This document shows, in pieces, positions 1 to 10,149 of a DNA stretch of 46,078 nucleotides. Below the pieces are notes generated by a model that was not told the DNA's origin, did not search any database, and worked only from the letters and a program-made list of their open reading frames with translations. The first letter of the stretch is position 1. Each line of letters begins with the position of its first letter. A program made the translations under genes and the position numbers. Source of the stretch: an uncultured Lachnospiraceae bacterium (GTDB lineage: Bacteria > Bacillota > Clostridia > Lachnospirales > Lachnospiraceae). The stretch covers positions 1-46,078 of the forward strand of contig CALWGN010000323.1 in the NCBI GenBank assembly GCA_944380055.1. Reading direction: 5' to 3'.

Positions 1-1294
1 CAAGTCCAGTTCCCATTTTATCTTTTCCACGAGAAGCATCTGTTTTATAAAAACGATCCCAGATTTTATTAATACTAGCCTTTGGAATACCCACCCCATG
101 GTCCTTGACAGAGATAAACACCTTTTCCTTTAATACATATGTTTGAATGTGAATGGAGGAGTCGGGATTGGAAAATTTAATGGCATTGTCAATTAAGTTA
201 TAAAGTACTTGCTGAATTTTCCCCATATCTCCATAGACATATTGTTCTCTTGATGAATAAGTTAACTCAAAGGTAATTTTCTTATCCATACATCGCCCTT
301 CAAAAGTAGCTAAAATATGTTTGATTACACGATGAATATCAAAAGAAGTACAGTCTAAATAAGATCCTTTTTTATCAATAGAGTTTAATGTAAGAAGACT
401 TTGGGTTAATTTATTTAATCGGTTTGTTTCTTCTAATACGATATTTAAATATTTTTCGCTAAATTCCGGAGGAATGGTATGATCTAACATTGCCTCAATA
501 TAACCTTTAATGGAAGTTAAAGGAGAGCGAAAATCATGAGAAACATTGGCGATAAATTTGTGTTGGTCTTCTTTAATACCATTTAATCTAGTTGCCATAT
601 ATTCTAAAATAGAAGATAAATAGCCTATTTCATCTTGAGAATTAATATCTATTTTATAAGTTAAATTACCAGTAGAATATTCATTTGCTGCTACAGTAAT
701 TTTTTTCACTGGTACATATACGGTGTAGTGAAAAATAAATAGTAAAATGCCAGATAGCAAAACAATGACAACATAAGTGATATATGCAATATTTAAACCG
801 ATATTTGTACTATGTATTAAAGTAGATTCAAACAAATGCATAATAATATAACCATTTGTTCCAAAGTCACTGCTTAGTAAAGGAACAAAAACACTAGTAG
901 TATTATCTGGCATTAAGTTATAAAAATCTCCTGTCATATAGTGGGTAAGGCTATCTAAAGAATCAAAAGGCGTAGCAGTTCCAACAGCAGTCCCATTGGA
1001 GTTGCTATTGTAAAGGAGAGTTCCTTCCATATCTACAATCCATACTTGTGTATCGGTAGATATGGAAGCAATGGAAAGCTGAGGTTGCATAGATTCAATA
1101 TTTATTTGTCCACTATTGTACATAGATTGATAATTCTCGCAAATACCGTTAGCAGTTTGATACATTTTTTTTATTTTGTAATTTAATATATACGAGGATA
1201 CTAGGTTAGACCCAAATGTAGCAATACATATAAAACCAATAAGGGCAAATATGCCATATCCAATTAAAAATTTAATATATAAGGAACGCTTCAA
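1..1294 (-). CDS. HAMP-domain sensor histidine kinase, 3' end runs off the window
   Basis: Not in the ORF track; read manually. TTG start at 1294 after RBS GAAAGGAG gives MKRSLYIKFLIGYGIFALIGF (TM segment). H-box FIANVSHDFRSPLTSIKGY, N-box QQVLYNLIDNAIKFS and G1 VKDHGVGIP are present. Directly downstream of the response regulator. Confidence 0.92.
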   Translation of the reverse strand, partial: MKRSLYIKFLIGYGIFALIGFICIATFGSNLVSSYILNYKIKKMYQTANGICENYQSMYNSGQINIESMQPQLSIASISTDTQVWIVDMEGTLLYNSNSNGTAVGTATPFDSLDSLTHYMTGDFYNLMPDNTTSVFVPLLSSDFGTNGYIIMHLFESTLIHSTNIGLNIAYITYVVIVLLSGILLFIFHYTVYVPVKKITVAANEYSTGNLTYKIDINSQDEIGYLSSILEYMATRLNGIKEDQHKFIANVSHDFRSPLTSIKGYIEAMLDHTIPPEFSEKYLNIVLEETNRLNKLTQSLLTLNSIDKKGSYLDCTSFDIHRVIKHILATFEGRCMDKKITFELTYSSREQYVYGDMGKIQQVLYNLIDNAIKFSNPDSSIHIQTYVLKEKVFISVKDHGVGIPKASINKIWDRFYKTDASRGKDKMGTGL

Positions 1295-1308
1295 TTTGGG
1301 ACTCCTTT

Positions 1309-2016
1309 CTAGTTTGATTTTACTTCAAATTTATATCCAATTCCCCAAACAGTACTTAATGACCAGTTTGGATGGTCCTTTATTTTTTCACGAAGACGTT
1401 TAATGTGAACATCAACGGTTCTTGTATCTCCAATATATTCATAGCCCCAAATATTATCAAGTAGTTGCTCTCTTGTAAATACTTGATTTGGAGAAGAGGC
1501 TAAAAAATATAATAGTTCTAACTCTTTTGGGGGCATTTCAACAGATTTTCCCATATAAGTAACAGAGTAGTTTGTTAAATTTACAATTAAATCTGGATAT
1601 TCTACAAAATTTCCTGTAATAGGAACAGCTGGTGCAGTAGTAGGTTGTGGCTTAAACCGTCTAAGGACTGCTTTTACACGAGCAACCATTTCCTTTGAGT
1701 CAAAAGGTTTAATAATATAATCATCGGCTCCTAATTCAAGTCCTAATACTTTATCAAATATTTCTCCTTTGGCAGAAAGCATAATAATAGGAACATCTGA
1801 GTCCTTTCTAATTTCACGACAAACTTGGTAGCCATCAATTCCAGGAAGCATTAAATCTAGTAAAATTAAATCAGGTCGAAATGCAGGAAAGGCAAGTAGT
1901 GCAGCTTCTCCATCCGATACAATTTTTGTCTCAAAGCATTCTTTTGTTAAATAAAGAGAGATAAGTTCTGCAATATTAGAATCATCATCTACAATTAAAA
2001 TTTTTTGTTTTTCCAT
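1309..2016 (-). CDS. OmpR/PhoB-family response regulator
   Basis: Receiver domain (ILIVDDD, LLDLMLP, KPF) and winged-helix C-terminus (RTVDVHIKRLREKI, TVWGIGYKF). ATG 2016 preferred; ORF track starts at 2025. Confidence 0.95.
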   Translation of the reverse strand: MEKQKILIVDDDSNIAELISLYLTKECFETKIVSDGEAALLAFPAFRPDLILLDLMLPGIDGYQVCREIRKDSDVPIIMLSAKGEIFDKVLGLELGADDYIIKPFDSKEMVARVKAVLRRFKPQPTTAPAVPITGNFVEYPDLIVNLTNYSVTYMGKSVEMPPKELELLYFLASSPNQVFTREQLLDNIWGYEYIGDTRTVDVHIKRLREKIKDHPNWSLSTVWGIGYKFEVKSN

Positions 2017-2043
2017 AATCATCAATCCTTTCTGTTTCCACCA

Positions 2044-4422
2044 CTATTTAAATTCTACAATTGTAACACCAGTATCGCCCTCCCCAAATGTACCAAGACG
2101 GAAGTTCTTTACATATTTTAAACGCTTTAAGTGAGTGTGGACCCCATTTTTTAATGCTCCAGTTCCACGTCCATGTACCACTCGCACCTGTGGTAAATGA
2201 GCTAGATAAGCATCATCTAAATATTTGTCTAATACAGGAAGGGCTTCATCAACGGTCATACCAATTAAATTTACTTCAGGAGAAACAGAAAATGACTTAC
2301 TTACCCGTGTGCGCCCAATATTAGTACGTTGTTTTGGCACACCATCACCAGAGATAGTATCTTCATGAATTAGCTCAATATCTTTAATATTAACAAGAGA
2401 ACGTAAAATACCCATTTGTACATACAAATCACCTTTTGCATTTGGAAGAGAGCTTATAGTTCCTTTTAAATTCATAGATAATACTTTAACAGAATCCCCA
2501 AGGTGAAGTTGATTTGGTTTGATTTCTTTTTTCGGTTTTGCCGCAGGCTTTATTGCTAAATTAGAGTTTACCTTATCTAGCTTATTACGAATTTTACCAC
2601 GTTCTTCTTCTAGCACTTTAGCAATGTTTCCACCAGCAGTCTTTTTATTAATGATTTTAATTGTTTCATCGGCAAAGTCTTTTGCTTCTTGTAAAATGGA
2701 TTGTGCCTTTTCATTTGCCTCTTGTAAAATACGTTCTTTTCTTGCATCTAAACGCTCTTGTTTTTCCTCTAATTGTGCCTTTAATTGTTCAATTTCCTTA
2801 CGGTATGTTTCAATTTGTTCTTGTTCTTTTTCAATCGTTACTCTAGCTGCCTCTAAATTAGAAATAACATCTTCAAAGCTTTCACTATCAGAATCAATAC
2901 GCTTTTTGGCATCATCAATAATAAAGGAAGGAAGACCTAACTTTTTAGAGATGGCAAAAGCATTACTTTTTCCTGGAACTCCAATTAATAAGCGATAAGT
3001 AGGACGCAATGTTTCTACACTAAATTCACAACAAGCATTTTCTACTCCTTCTGTGGATAACGCAAATATTTTAAGTTCACTATAATGAGTTGTTGCCATT
3101 GTACGAATTTTCATATTGTGTAAAAATGATAAAATAGAAGTAGCAAGTGCCGCTCCTTCTGTAGGGTCAGTTCCAGCGCCAAGCTCATCAAATAACACCA
3201 AAGAGTCTTTATCTGCCTTTTCTAAAATAGTTACAATATTTGTCATGTGAGAGGAGAATGTACTAAGACTTTGTTCAATACTTTGTTCATCTCCAATATC
3301 TGCGTATACTTCCTTAAATAAAGCAAGCTCAGAACCATCGAATGCAGGAATATGAAGACCTGCTTGCCCCATAAGGGTAAATAAACCAACTGTTTTTAAA
3401 GAAACTGTCTTTCCACCAGTATTTGGACCTGTAACAATTAGTAAATCAAAATCCTTTCCTAAATGAATATCAATAGGAACAACTTTTTGTTTATCAAGAA
3501 GTGGATGACGCCCTTTTTTAATATTAATATATCCTTTTGTATTAAACTTTGGCTCACTTCCTTGATACTCTTTAGAAAGCATTGCTTTTGCAAATACAAA
3601 ATCTAAATGAGATAGAATAGTTAAATTGTCTTGTAACTGAGTAGTAAATTCAGCCGCTTGATTGCTTAAGTCAGCCAGTATTTTTTCGATTTCCTTTTGT
3701 TCCTTAATTTCAAGTTCACGAAGCTCATTATTTAGCTTTACAACTGCCATAGGTTCAATAAATACAGTAGAACCACTAGAACTTTGGTCATGAACCATAC
3801 CACTTACTTGTCCTTTGTGTTCTTGTTTTACAGGAAGGCAATATCTACCATTACGCATTGTAATAACGCCGTCTTGTAATAAATTTCTAGAGGAAATAAG
3901 AATAGAGTTCATTTGAGAGTGAACTTTTTCTTTAATTGTACGCATACTACGGCGAATGGATTTTAATCCAGGGCTTGCCTCATCGCTAATTTCATCTTCA
4001 GAAATAATACAGCGTTCAATTTCACGATTTAGTGGAGTAAGAGGTTCTAATTGTTCAAAAAATGGGTCTAAACAATCACCAGAGTCATCGCCTATTTCAC
4101 GTCTTCCGTATGATTTTACACGGTTTGTTGTTTTTAATACAGAACTAATATTTAAAAGCTCCGTAATACTTAAACTACTACCAATAGAAAGTCTCATAAG
4201 AGAGTCACGAATATCTCTTGTGCCAGAGAAAGAAACACTACCGTGTTTAAAAATACGAGTTAATGCATGGCTTGTTTCTTCTTGAGAAGAGCAAATATCT
4301 TCCAATTCATCCATTGGTAATAAATGATTACACTTTTCCTTTCCTAGTGGAGTAGAGGCATAAGTTGTAAGCATATCAATAATTTTATAAAATTCAAGGG
4401 TTTTTAAAGCCTTTTGATTCAT
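2044..4422 (-). CDS. mutS2: Endonuclease MutS2
   Basis: GPNTGGKT Walker A, SLSTFSSHM, DELGAGTDP, coiled coil and C-terminal Smr domain (VVHGRGTG). ATG 4422 follows a GAGGA RBS. Confidence 0.96.
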   Translation of the reverse strand: MNQKALKTLEFYKIIDMLTTYASTPLGKEKCNHLLPMDELEDICSSQEETSHALTRIFKHGSVSFSGTRDIRDSLMRLSIGSSLSITELLNISSVLKTTNRVKSYGRREIGDDSGDCLDPFFEQLEPLTPLNREIERCIISEDEISDEASPGLKSIRRSMRTIKEKVHSQMNSILISSRNLLQDGVITMRNGRYCLPVKQEHKGQVSGMVHDQSSSGSTVFIEPMAVVKLNNELRELEIKEQKEIEKILADLSNQAAEFTTQLQDNLTILSHLDFVFAKAMLSKEYQGSEPKFNTKGYINIKKGRHPLLDKQKVVPIDIHLGKDFDLLIVTGPNTGGKTVSLKTVGLFTLMGQAGLHIPAFDGSELALFKEVYADIGDEQSIEQSLSTFSSHMTNIVTILEKADKDSLVLFDELGAGTDPTEGAALATSILSFLHNMKIRTMATTHYSELKIFALSTEGVENACCEFSVETLRPTYRLLIGVPGKSNAFAISKKLGLPSFIIDDAKKRIDSDSESFEDVISNLEAARVTIEKEQEQIETYRKEIEQLKAQLEEKQERLDARKERILQEANEKAQSILQEAKDFADETIKIINKKTAGGNIAKVLEEERGKIRNKLDKVNSNLAIKPAAKPKKEIKPNQLHLGDSVKVLSMNLKGTISSLPNAKGDLYVQMGILRSLVNIKDIELIHEDTISGDGVPKQRTNIGRTRVSKSFSVSPEVNLIGMTVDEALPVLDKYLDDAYLAHLPQVRVVHGRGTGALKNGVHTHLKRLKYVKNFRLGTFGEGDTGVTIVEFK

Positions 4423-4664
4423 TGTTATCCTCATTTCTGCACTGTTTTATATTGAACGTTTGTGGATACAGTGCTGTTTTTGTCATAGCTGTGTATACTA
4501 ATCCATATATTTTATATTATACACTAAAAAAAGTGGAAATGATAGTAAAACAATGGTCTTACCGTTTACATTTTTTGCGAATTCCCTTATAATAAAAACA
4601 CATTTAGAAATGGAAATCAATGAGAAGGAGAAAATTTAAATAAAATGTAAAAGGAGTGCGTTTA

Positions 4665-5933
4665 ATGGAGGATAATAGAACCTCAAAAGAGGAAGAAAAA
4701 GTCTACATTCGTGAAAATATTGTAGAGCCTGCAAAAAGAAAGCGCTATTATGTAGGAAAATTCATTGCATATTTATTTCTAGTAGCAGCATTAGGAATAA
4801 CAATTGGTAGTAGTTATGGATTTGTAAGAAACTATTTTTCAAAAAAAAATAAGGAAGACATAAAAGTAACAGAAACGGAAACGGAAACCTCATCAGAGGA
4901 CAGTTACATAGATGAAAGCCAGCTACAAGCTCTTGTAGAAAGCTATGCGAAAGAGTGGATAGAAAGCGAAGCTAATATAGACACGAGGGAAGAACAATTA
5001 AAGCAAGCATATGACAGCATATCATCTAAAATCGTAACGATAAGTGGAATTTCACAAGGTAGTGATGAATGGTTTAATGATGAAGTTATTAATAAAAGGC
5101 AGACATTTGGAATCTTAATTGACAAAACAGAAAATGAGATTCTCTTTTTAGCAAATTATGAAAAAATAAAAGGCTCTTCTAACATTTTAGTGGAGGTATT
5201 GGGCGAGGAGAGAACTGGAAAAGTAAAGAGAACAGATACGATTACAGGAATTTGTTGTATCACTGTTGCTACTACCCAATTTTCTACCGAAGAATTAGAA
5301 AAGCTAGAGCCAATATTAATTGCCAATTCCTTTGGAATCCAAGAAGGAGATGCTGTTATTTTAGCTGGAAGTCCAATGTCATATCCACAATCTATTGTTT
5401 ATGGAAATATTTCTTATGTTAACAAAGACGTGTCTGTTATAGACGGTCGTTATCGTATTTTATATACAGATAGAATTGCTATTGATGGGGGAGAGGGCAT
5501 TTTATTAGATGAAAGTGGACAACTGGTTGGTTGGATACATGAAGATTATAAATCAAACCAGCTAAAAGGAATGACAGCAGCTATTGGAATTAGTGATTTA
5601 CAGCATATTATTAATCAAATAACAAAAAATGAGCTAGGAGCCTATTTAGGAGTCAAAGGAAAAGATGTTACAGAAACAATTGCTAAAGAAAAAGGACTTG
5701 TAGTTGGTGTTTATGTAACAGAAATTATAGAAGAAAGCCCAGCCTATTTATGTGGAATACAAAAAGGCGATGTTATTACAAAACTAGGTGATGCTACGGT
5801 TAAAAATTTAGCAGATTTAGAAAGTATATTAGAAAAGCAAAAAGCAAATGAAACCATTTCTATAGAAATCGTAAGAAAGGGACGAGAAGAAAGCAAAGTA
5901 TTTACCTTTTCTGTAACATTAGGGCAAAGATAA
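4665..5933 (+). CDS. Membrane-anchored HtrA/S1C-like protein with PDZ domain, catalytic triad apparently lost
   Basis: N-terminal TM helix, trypsin-like layout (GDAVILAGSP, LLDESGQLVG) and PDZ (AYLGVKG, ESPAYLCGIQKGDVI). No TNxH or GNSGG motif. Confidence 0.8.
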   Translation: MEDNRTSKEEEKVYIRENIVEPAKRKRYYVGKFIAYLFLVAALGITIGSSYGFVRNYFSKKNKEDIKVTETETETSSEDSYIDESQLQALVESYAKEWIESEANIDTREEQLKQAYDSISSKIVTISGISQGSDEWFNDEVINKRQTFGILIDKTENEILFLANYEKIKGSSNILVEVLGEERTGKVKRTDTITGICCITVATTQFSTEELEKLEPILIANSFGIQEGDAVILAGSPMSYPQSIVYGNISYVNKDVSVIDGRYRILYTDRIAIDGGEGILLDESGQLVGWIHEDYKSNQLKGMTAAIGISDLQHIINQITKNELGAYLGVKGKDVTETIAKEKGLVVGVYVTEIIEESPAYLCGIQKGDVITKLGDATVKNLADLESILEKQKANETISIEIVRKGREESKVFTFSVTLGQR

Positions 5934-6028
5934 AATAAAAGCAATAAATAAGAATATATGTTAAAAGAAATGATATAGGATTTAAAAAGTAGAGAAATAT
6001 TATAAGAAATGTAGAAACGAGGAAAAAA

Positions 6029-6973
6029 ATGAAATTTATTCGAGAATTACGAGAAGGTGAAAGAATTAGTGAGGTATATTTGTGTAAGTCCAAAACAATA
6101 GCAACAACAAAAAATGGAAAAAATTATTATTCTTTAATTCTTCAAGATAAAACAGGAACTGTTGATGCAAAAGTTTGGGATTTAGGAGCTGGTATTGACC
6201 ATTTTGAACCTATGGATTTTATCCAAATAGATGGAGAAGTGAATATATTTGCAGGAGCAGTTCAACTAAATGTAAAAAGAATAAGAAAGGCAAGAGAGGG
6301 GGAATATGTGACAAAGGATTATTTTCCAACAACAGCTAAAAATATTGAAGAAATGTACCAAGAATTAGTAGGCTATATTAATGAAATTAAGGGGGCAAAA
6401 ATGAAAAAGCTAGTATCTAGCTTTTTCATTGAAGATAAAGAGTTTGTAAAACAATTCAAAGAACATTCGGCAGGAAAAAGTGTACATCATGGATATATTG
6501 GAGGGCTTTTGGAGCATACATTAAGTGTTACTCGGTTATGTAAATTTTACTGCAAGCAATATCCAATGTTAAATGAAGATTTATTAGTGGCAGCTGCCAT
6601 TTTCCATGATATTGGAAAAATGGAGGAACTTTCTGATTTTCCAGAAAATGATTATACAGACGATGGACAACTGTTAGGTCATATTATTATTGGATGTGAA
6701 ATGATTGGTGCTAGAATTCGTACGATTCCAGATTTTCCAAAGAAGCTAGCTAGTGAGCTTAAGCATTGTATTTTAGCGCATCATGGAGAATTAGAGTATG
6801 GCTCTCCAAAAAAACCAGCATTAATAGAAGCATTGGCACTTTCTTTTGCAGATAATACAGATGCAAAATTACAAATTATGATAGAGGCCTTTGATGCAAA
6901 TCCAAGTAACGATTGGTTAGGATATCATAGATTTATGGAAAGTAATATTAGACGCTCCTCTAAAGGAGAGTAA
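6029..6973 (+). CDS. yhaM: 3'-5' exoribonuclease YhaM/Cbf1 family (OB-fold plus HD)
   Basis: OB-fold (LQDKTGTVDAKVWD), HHGYIGGLLEH, FHDIGK, GQLLGHI and HHGELEYGSP. Confidence 0.9.
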   Translation: MKFIRELREGERISEVYLCKSKTIATTKNGKNYYSLILQDKTGTVDAKVWDLGAGIDHFEPMDFIQIDGEVNIFAGAVQLNVKRIRKAREGEYVTKDYFPTTAKNIEEMYQELVGYINEIKGAKMKKLVSSFFIEDKEFVKQFKEHSAGKSVHHGYIGGLLEHTLSVTRLCKFYCKQYPMLNEDLLVAAAIFHDIGKMEELSDFPENDYTDDGQLLGHIIIGCEMIGARIRTIPDFPKKLASELKHCILAHHGELEYGSPKKPALIEALALSFADNTDAKLQIMIEAFDANPSNDWLGYHRFMESNIRRSSKGE

Positions 6974-7031
6974 GGCTGACTGATGATGTAAAAAAGAAAT
7001 GTAGATTCAAGTAATAATTGTTATGTAGTAT

Positions 7032-7074
7032 AAGACTGTCCGTAGAAAATGTATGATTTTTTTCGGACAGTTTT
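7032..7074 (+). terminator. Intrinsic terminator after yhaM
   Basis: AAGACTGTCCG...CGGACAGTTTT inverted repeat. Confidence 0.7.
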
Positions 7075-7196
7075 ATGCAGATAATAATTTCTTTTTCGTT
7101 ATATTAGTTCTATATGTTAACGTAGAAAAAGAACAAAAGGTTTGCTTGCTTTATCAGTTTACTTAGGAAATTTAAAACAGTATAGTAGTCAGACTG

Positions 7197-7244
7197 TAAA
7201 AGATATATAAACATTAAAAGATATGTAAACATTAAAAGATATGT
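7197..7244. repeat. 18-bp tandem repeat, about 2.7 copies of TAAAAGATAT(A/G)TAAACAT
   Basis: Read directly upstream of rlmD. Confidence 0.8.
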
Positions 7245-7278
7245 TAGAAATATTTGTGAAAGTAGAACGGAGATAGTC

Positions 7279-8652
7279 ATGGAAATTAAAAAAAATGATA
7301 TAGTAGTTGTAACCATTGACGATATTGGAATGGACGGAGAGGGTATAGGTAAAGTGGATGGCTATACCCTCTTTATTAAAGATGCTATCATAGGAGATAA
7401 AATTGAAGCAAAAGTAATGAAAACAAAGAAAAATTATGGTTATGCTCGCCTTATGAATATTATAGAGCCATCTGCCTACCGAGTAGAGCCAAAGTGTAGC
7501 CTTGCACGTCCATGTGGTGGTTGTCAAATTCAAAGTATGAGCTATGAAAGGCAGCTTGTATTTAAACAAGATAAAGTAAAAAATAATTTGATTCGTATTG
7601 GAGGATTTTTAGAAGAAGACATTCATATGCATCCAATTATTGGCATGGACAACCCTTGGCGTTATAGAAATAAGGCACAGGTGCCAGTAGGAAGAGATAA
7701 AGATGGAAACTTGGCTACTGGATTCTATGCAGGAAGAACCCATGATATTATTAATCAAAAGGATTGCTATATTGGTTCTAAGAAAAACCAGATAATTTTA
7801 AATAAAGTAAAGGAATTTATGGATATATATGGCATACCTCCTTATTATGAAGCCACTCATATGGGATTGATACGCCACATTTTAATTCGTGAAGGTTTTG
7901 TTACAGGTGAAATTATGGTCTGTCTTATTATGAATGGAGACAAGCTACCAGAAAGCGATAAGCTAGTAAAAAGTCTTCTAGAAGTAGAGGGAATGACTTC
8001 TATTTCCCTTAATGTAAATAAGGAGAAAACAAATGTTATATTAGGGAAAGAAATTATTAATTTATATGGAGAAGGCTATATTTATGATTATATTGGAAAT
8101 GTAAAATACCAAATTTCTCCATTATCTTTCTATCAAGTAAATCCAGTTCAAACAAAAGTATTGTATGAAAAGGCATTGGAGTACGCAGATTTAAAGGGAG
8201 ATGAAACGGTATGGGATTTATACTGTGGCATCGGAACCATTTCCCTATTTTTAGCTCAAAAGGCAAAAAGGGTATATGGAGTGGAAATTGTGCCAGCTGC
8301 CATTGAAGATGCAAAGAAAAATGCAAAGTTAAATGGGTTTGATAATGCAAGGTTTTACGTAGGAAAGGCAGAAGAAGTATTGCCAGAGGCTTATGAAAAA
8401 GAGAAGATTTATGCAGATGTGATTGTAGTTGACCCACCAAGAAAGGGCTGTGATGAAACATTATTAGATACCATTGTGAAAATGTCACCAAAGAGAGTGG
8501 TGTATGTAAGCTGTGATTCTGCCACACTAGCCAGGGATTTAAGATATTTGTCAGATAGAGGGTATCAGGTAGAGAAGGTGCAGCCAGTAGATATGTTTCC
8601 TCATACGGGGCACGTGGAGACGGTGGTGTTGATGTCAAGGGTGGATAATTAA
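7279..8652 (+). CDS. rlmD: 23S rRNA (uracil-1939-C5)-methyltransferase
   Basis: TRAM domain, Fe-S motif C-x5-CGGC, DLYCGIGT, VDPPRKG, YVSC and DMFPHTGHVE. Confidence 0.95.
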   Translation: MEIKKNDIVVVTIDDIGMDGEGIGKVDGYTLFIKDAIIGDKIEAKVMKTKKNYGYARLMNIIEPSAYRVEPKCSLARPCGGCQIQSMSYERQLVFKQDKVKNNLIRIGGFLEEDIHMHPIIGMDNPWRYRNKAQVPVGRDKDGNLATGFYAGRTHDIINQKDCYIGSKKNQIILNKVKEFMDIYGIPPYYEATHMGLIRHILIREGFVTGEIMVCLIMNGDKLPESDKLVKSLLEVEGMTSISLNVNKEKTNVILGKEIINLYGEGYIYDYIGNVKYQISPLSFYQVNPVQTKVLYEKALEYADLKGDETVWDLYCGIGTISLFLAQKAKRVYGVEIVPAAIEDAKKNAKLNGFDNARFYVGKAEEVLPEAYEKEKIYADVIVVDPPRKGCDETLLDTIVKMSPKRVVYVSCDSATLARDLRYLSDRGYQVEKVQPVDMFPHTGHVETVVLMSRVDN

Positions 8653-8928
8653 GATTATTTAAAGAGCTGATAAATAAAGGGTTTTCTGACATTGTATTTT
8701 TCACTCGGCAACTTTGTCGGTGATTTTTATGTTGGAAAGCCCTTATTGTTAGTGGATTGCTCCATAAATATTAAACTCAGTGTGATAGACTCAATAATAT
8801 ATAAGTTGTTTTTTGATAAGGTTGAAGCTGTTACACAGGATAAAAAATAATTGAAGAGTCCAGTTAATTGCCAGATAATTCTTGTATTGTGTAATTAATC
8901 GACTAAGCTTTTAAATTGATATATTCTT

Positions 8929-9189
8929 TTAACTTAGCCAGTTTTTACCCCATTCTATCATTGAAAGAAAGATATGTTCAAAGTCATAGCCTTTTTCTGT
9001 TAGAGCATATTCTACTGTTACAGGAACAGTTGGTATAACTATGTGAGTGACAATGCCGTTGGATTCTAAATTCCTCAAGGCATCAGTAAGTGACTTTGTA
9101 TGATATCTAGTGTGGCTTAAGTTCATTAAAATGCATAGGGACATTGCAAGGTCCAGCTATAGTTAGGAAGGTCCATTTGCTTCCCAAGA
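8929..9189 (-). pseudogene. HxlR-family winged-helix regulator remnant (5'-truncated, frameshifted)
   Basis: C-terminal part TKSLTDALRNLESNGIV...VPVTVEYALTEKG. In another frame upstream, FLGSKWTFL...PMHFNELK matches the HxlR N-terminal motif and ends in a stop. Confidence 0.75.
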
Positions 9190-9938
9190 ATTATTGCACC
9201 TTATAATAATCAAGTAAACGCCTTAGAACAAGAATTTACTGATATAGATGTAGCAACAGTACATAAGTTTCAGGGAAGAGAAAAAGAAGAAATTATTATA
9301 TCAACAGTGGATGATGAAATTAGTGATTTTGTAGATGACCCATATTTGTTAAACGTTGCTATATCTAGAGCTAAGAAAAAACTTGTGATAGTAGTATTTG
9401 GAAATGAACAACGTCCAGAAAGAAATATTAGTGAATTGATAGGGTATATTCAATATAATAATTTTAAAGTAGTGGAAAGTAAGGTTTACTCTATCTTTGA
9501 TTATTTGTATAAACAATATGAAGAGGAAAGAAAAGAGTATTTAAAAAAATATAAAAAAATATCAGAGTATGATTCAGAAAATTTAATGCATGGACTTATT
9601 TTAGATGTTTTAAAGGCAAATAAATATTCCTCTATGGACGTGATCAGTCATGTACAAATGAAAATGCTAATTAGAGATATTAAGCTGTTAAATACAGAAG
9701 AATGTAGGTATATAATATAGATTTCTTGATTTTTAATAGAATGAGCAAGCAGCCTATTTTGGCAATTGAAGTAGATGGTTATGAATTCCATAGACAAGGT
9801 ACTCGGCAATCAGATAGGGACTCTCTTAAAAATCATATATTGGAATTGTATAATATTCCATTGCTTCGCTTTTATACTAATGGAAGCTCTGAAAAGGAAA
9901 AATTAATAAGTAAATTAGATGAGTTGTATGATTGTTAG
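9190..9938 (+). pseudogene. C-terminal remnant of an SF1 helicase-DUF2726 nuclease gene
   Basis: In frame from 9190: IIAPYNNQ...ATVHKFQGREKE...LLNVAISRAKK (SF1 late motifs). A frame break near 9720 is followed by DFLIFNRMSKQPILAIEVDG. No start or ATPase domain. Homologous to 29346-32087. Confidence 0.85.
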
Positions 9939-10021
9939 TAGTATATTTTAATAATAATTTTCATATTAAATCTAATAGCTTTTGAAATATTTTTAATAAA
10001 AAATAATAGCGTTTGCAATTT

Positions 10022-10062
10022 AAATAGTCGGCAGTATGGTTTGATCATATTGTCGACTGTTT
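10022..10062 (+). terminator. Hairpin/terminator after the helicase remnant
   Basis: AAATAGTCGGCAGTATGG / TCATATTGTCGACTGTTT inverted repeat with G-U pairs. Confidence 0.55.
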
Positions 10063-10114
10063 AAATTATATAGAGAAGATTGGCTCAGTAAAAAATTTTA
10101 ATAGAAACTTTCCA

Positions 10115-10143
10115 TTGACAATATCACTAATTAGTGATAAATT
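10115..10143 (+). promoter_or_regulatory. Sigma-A promoter with an 18-bp perfect palindromic operator (probable MarR site)
   Basis: TTGACA (10115-10120), 17 bp, TAAATT (10138-10143). Palindrome TATCACTAATTAGTGATA at 10122-10139. Confidence 0.75.
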
Positions 10144-10149
10144 GAGTTA

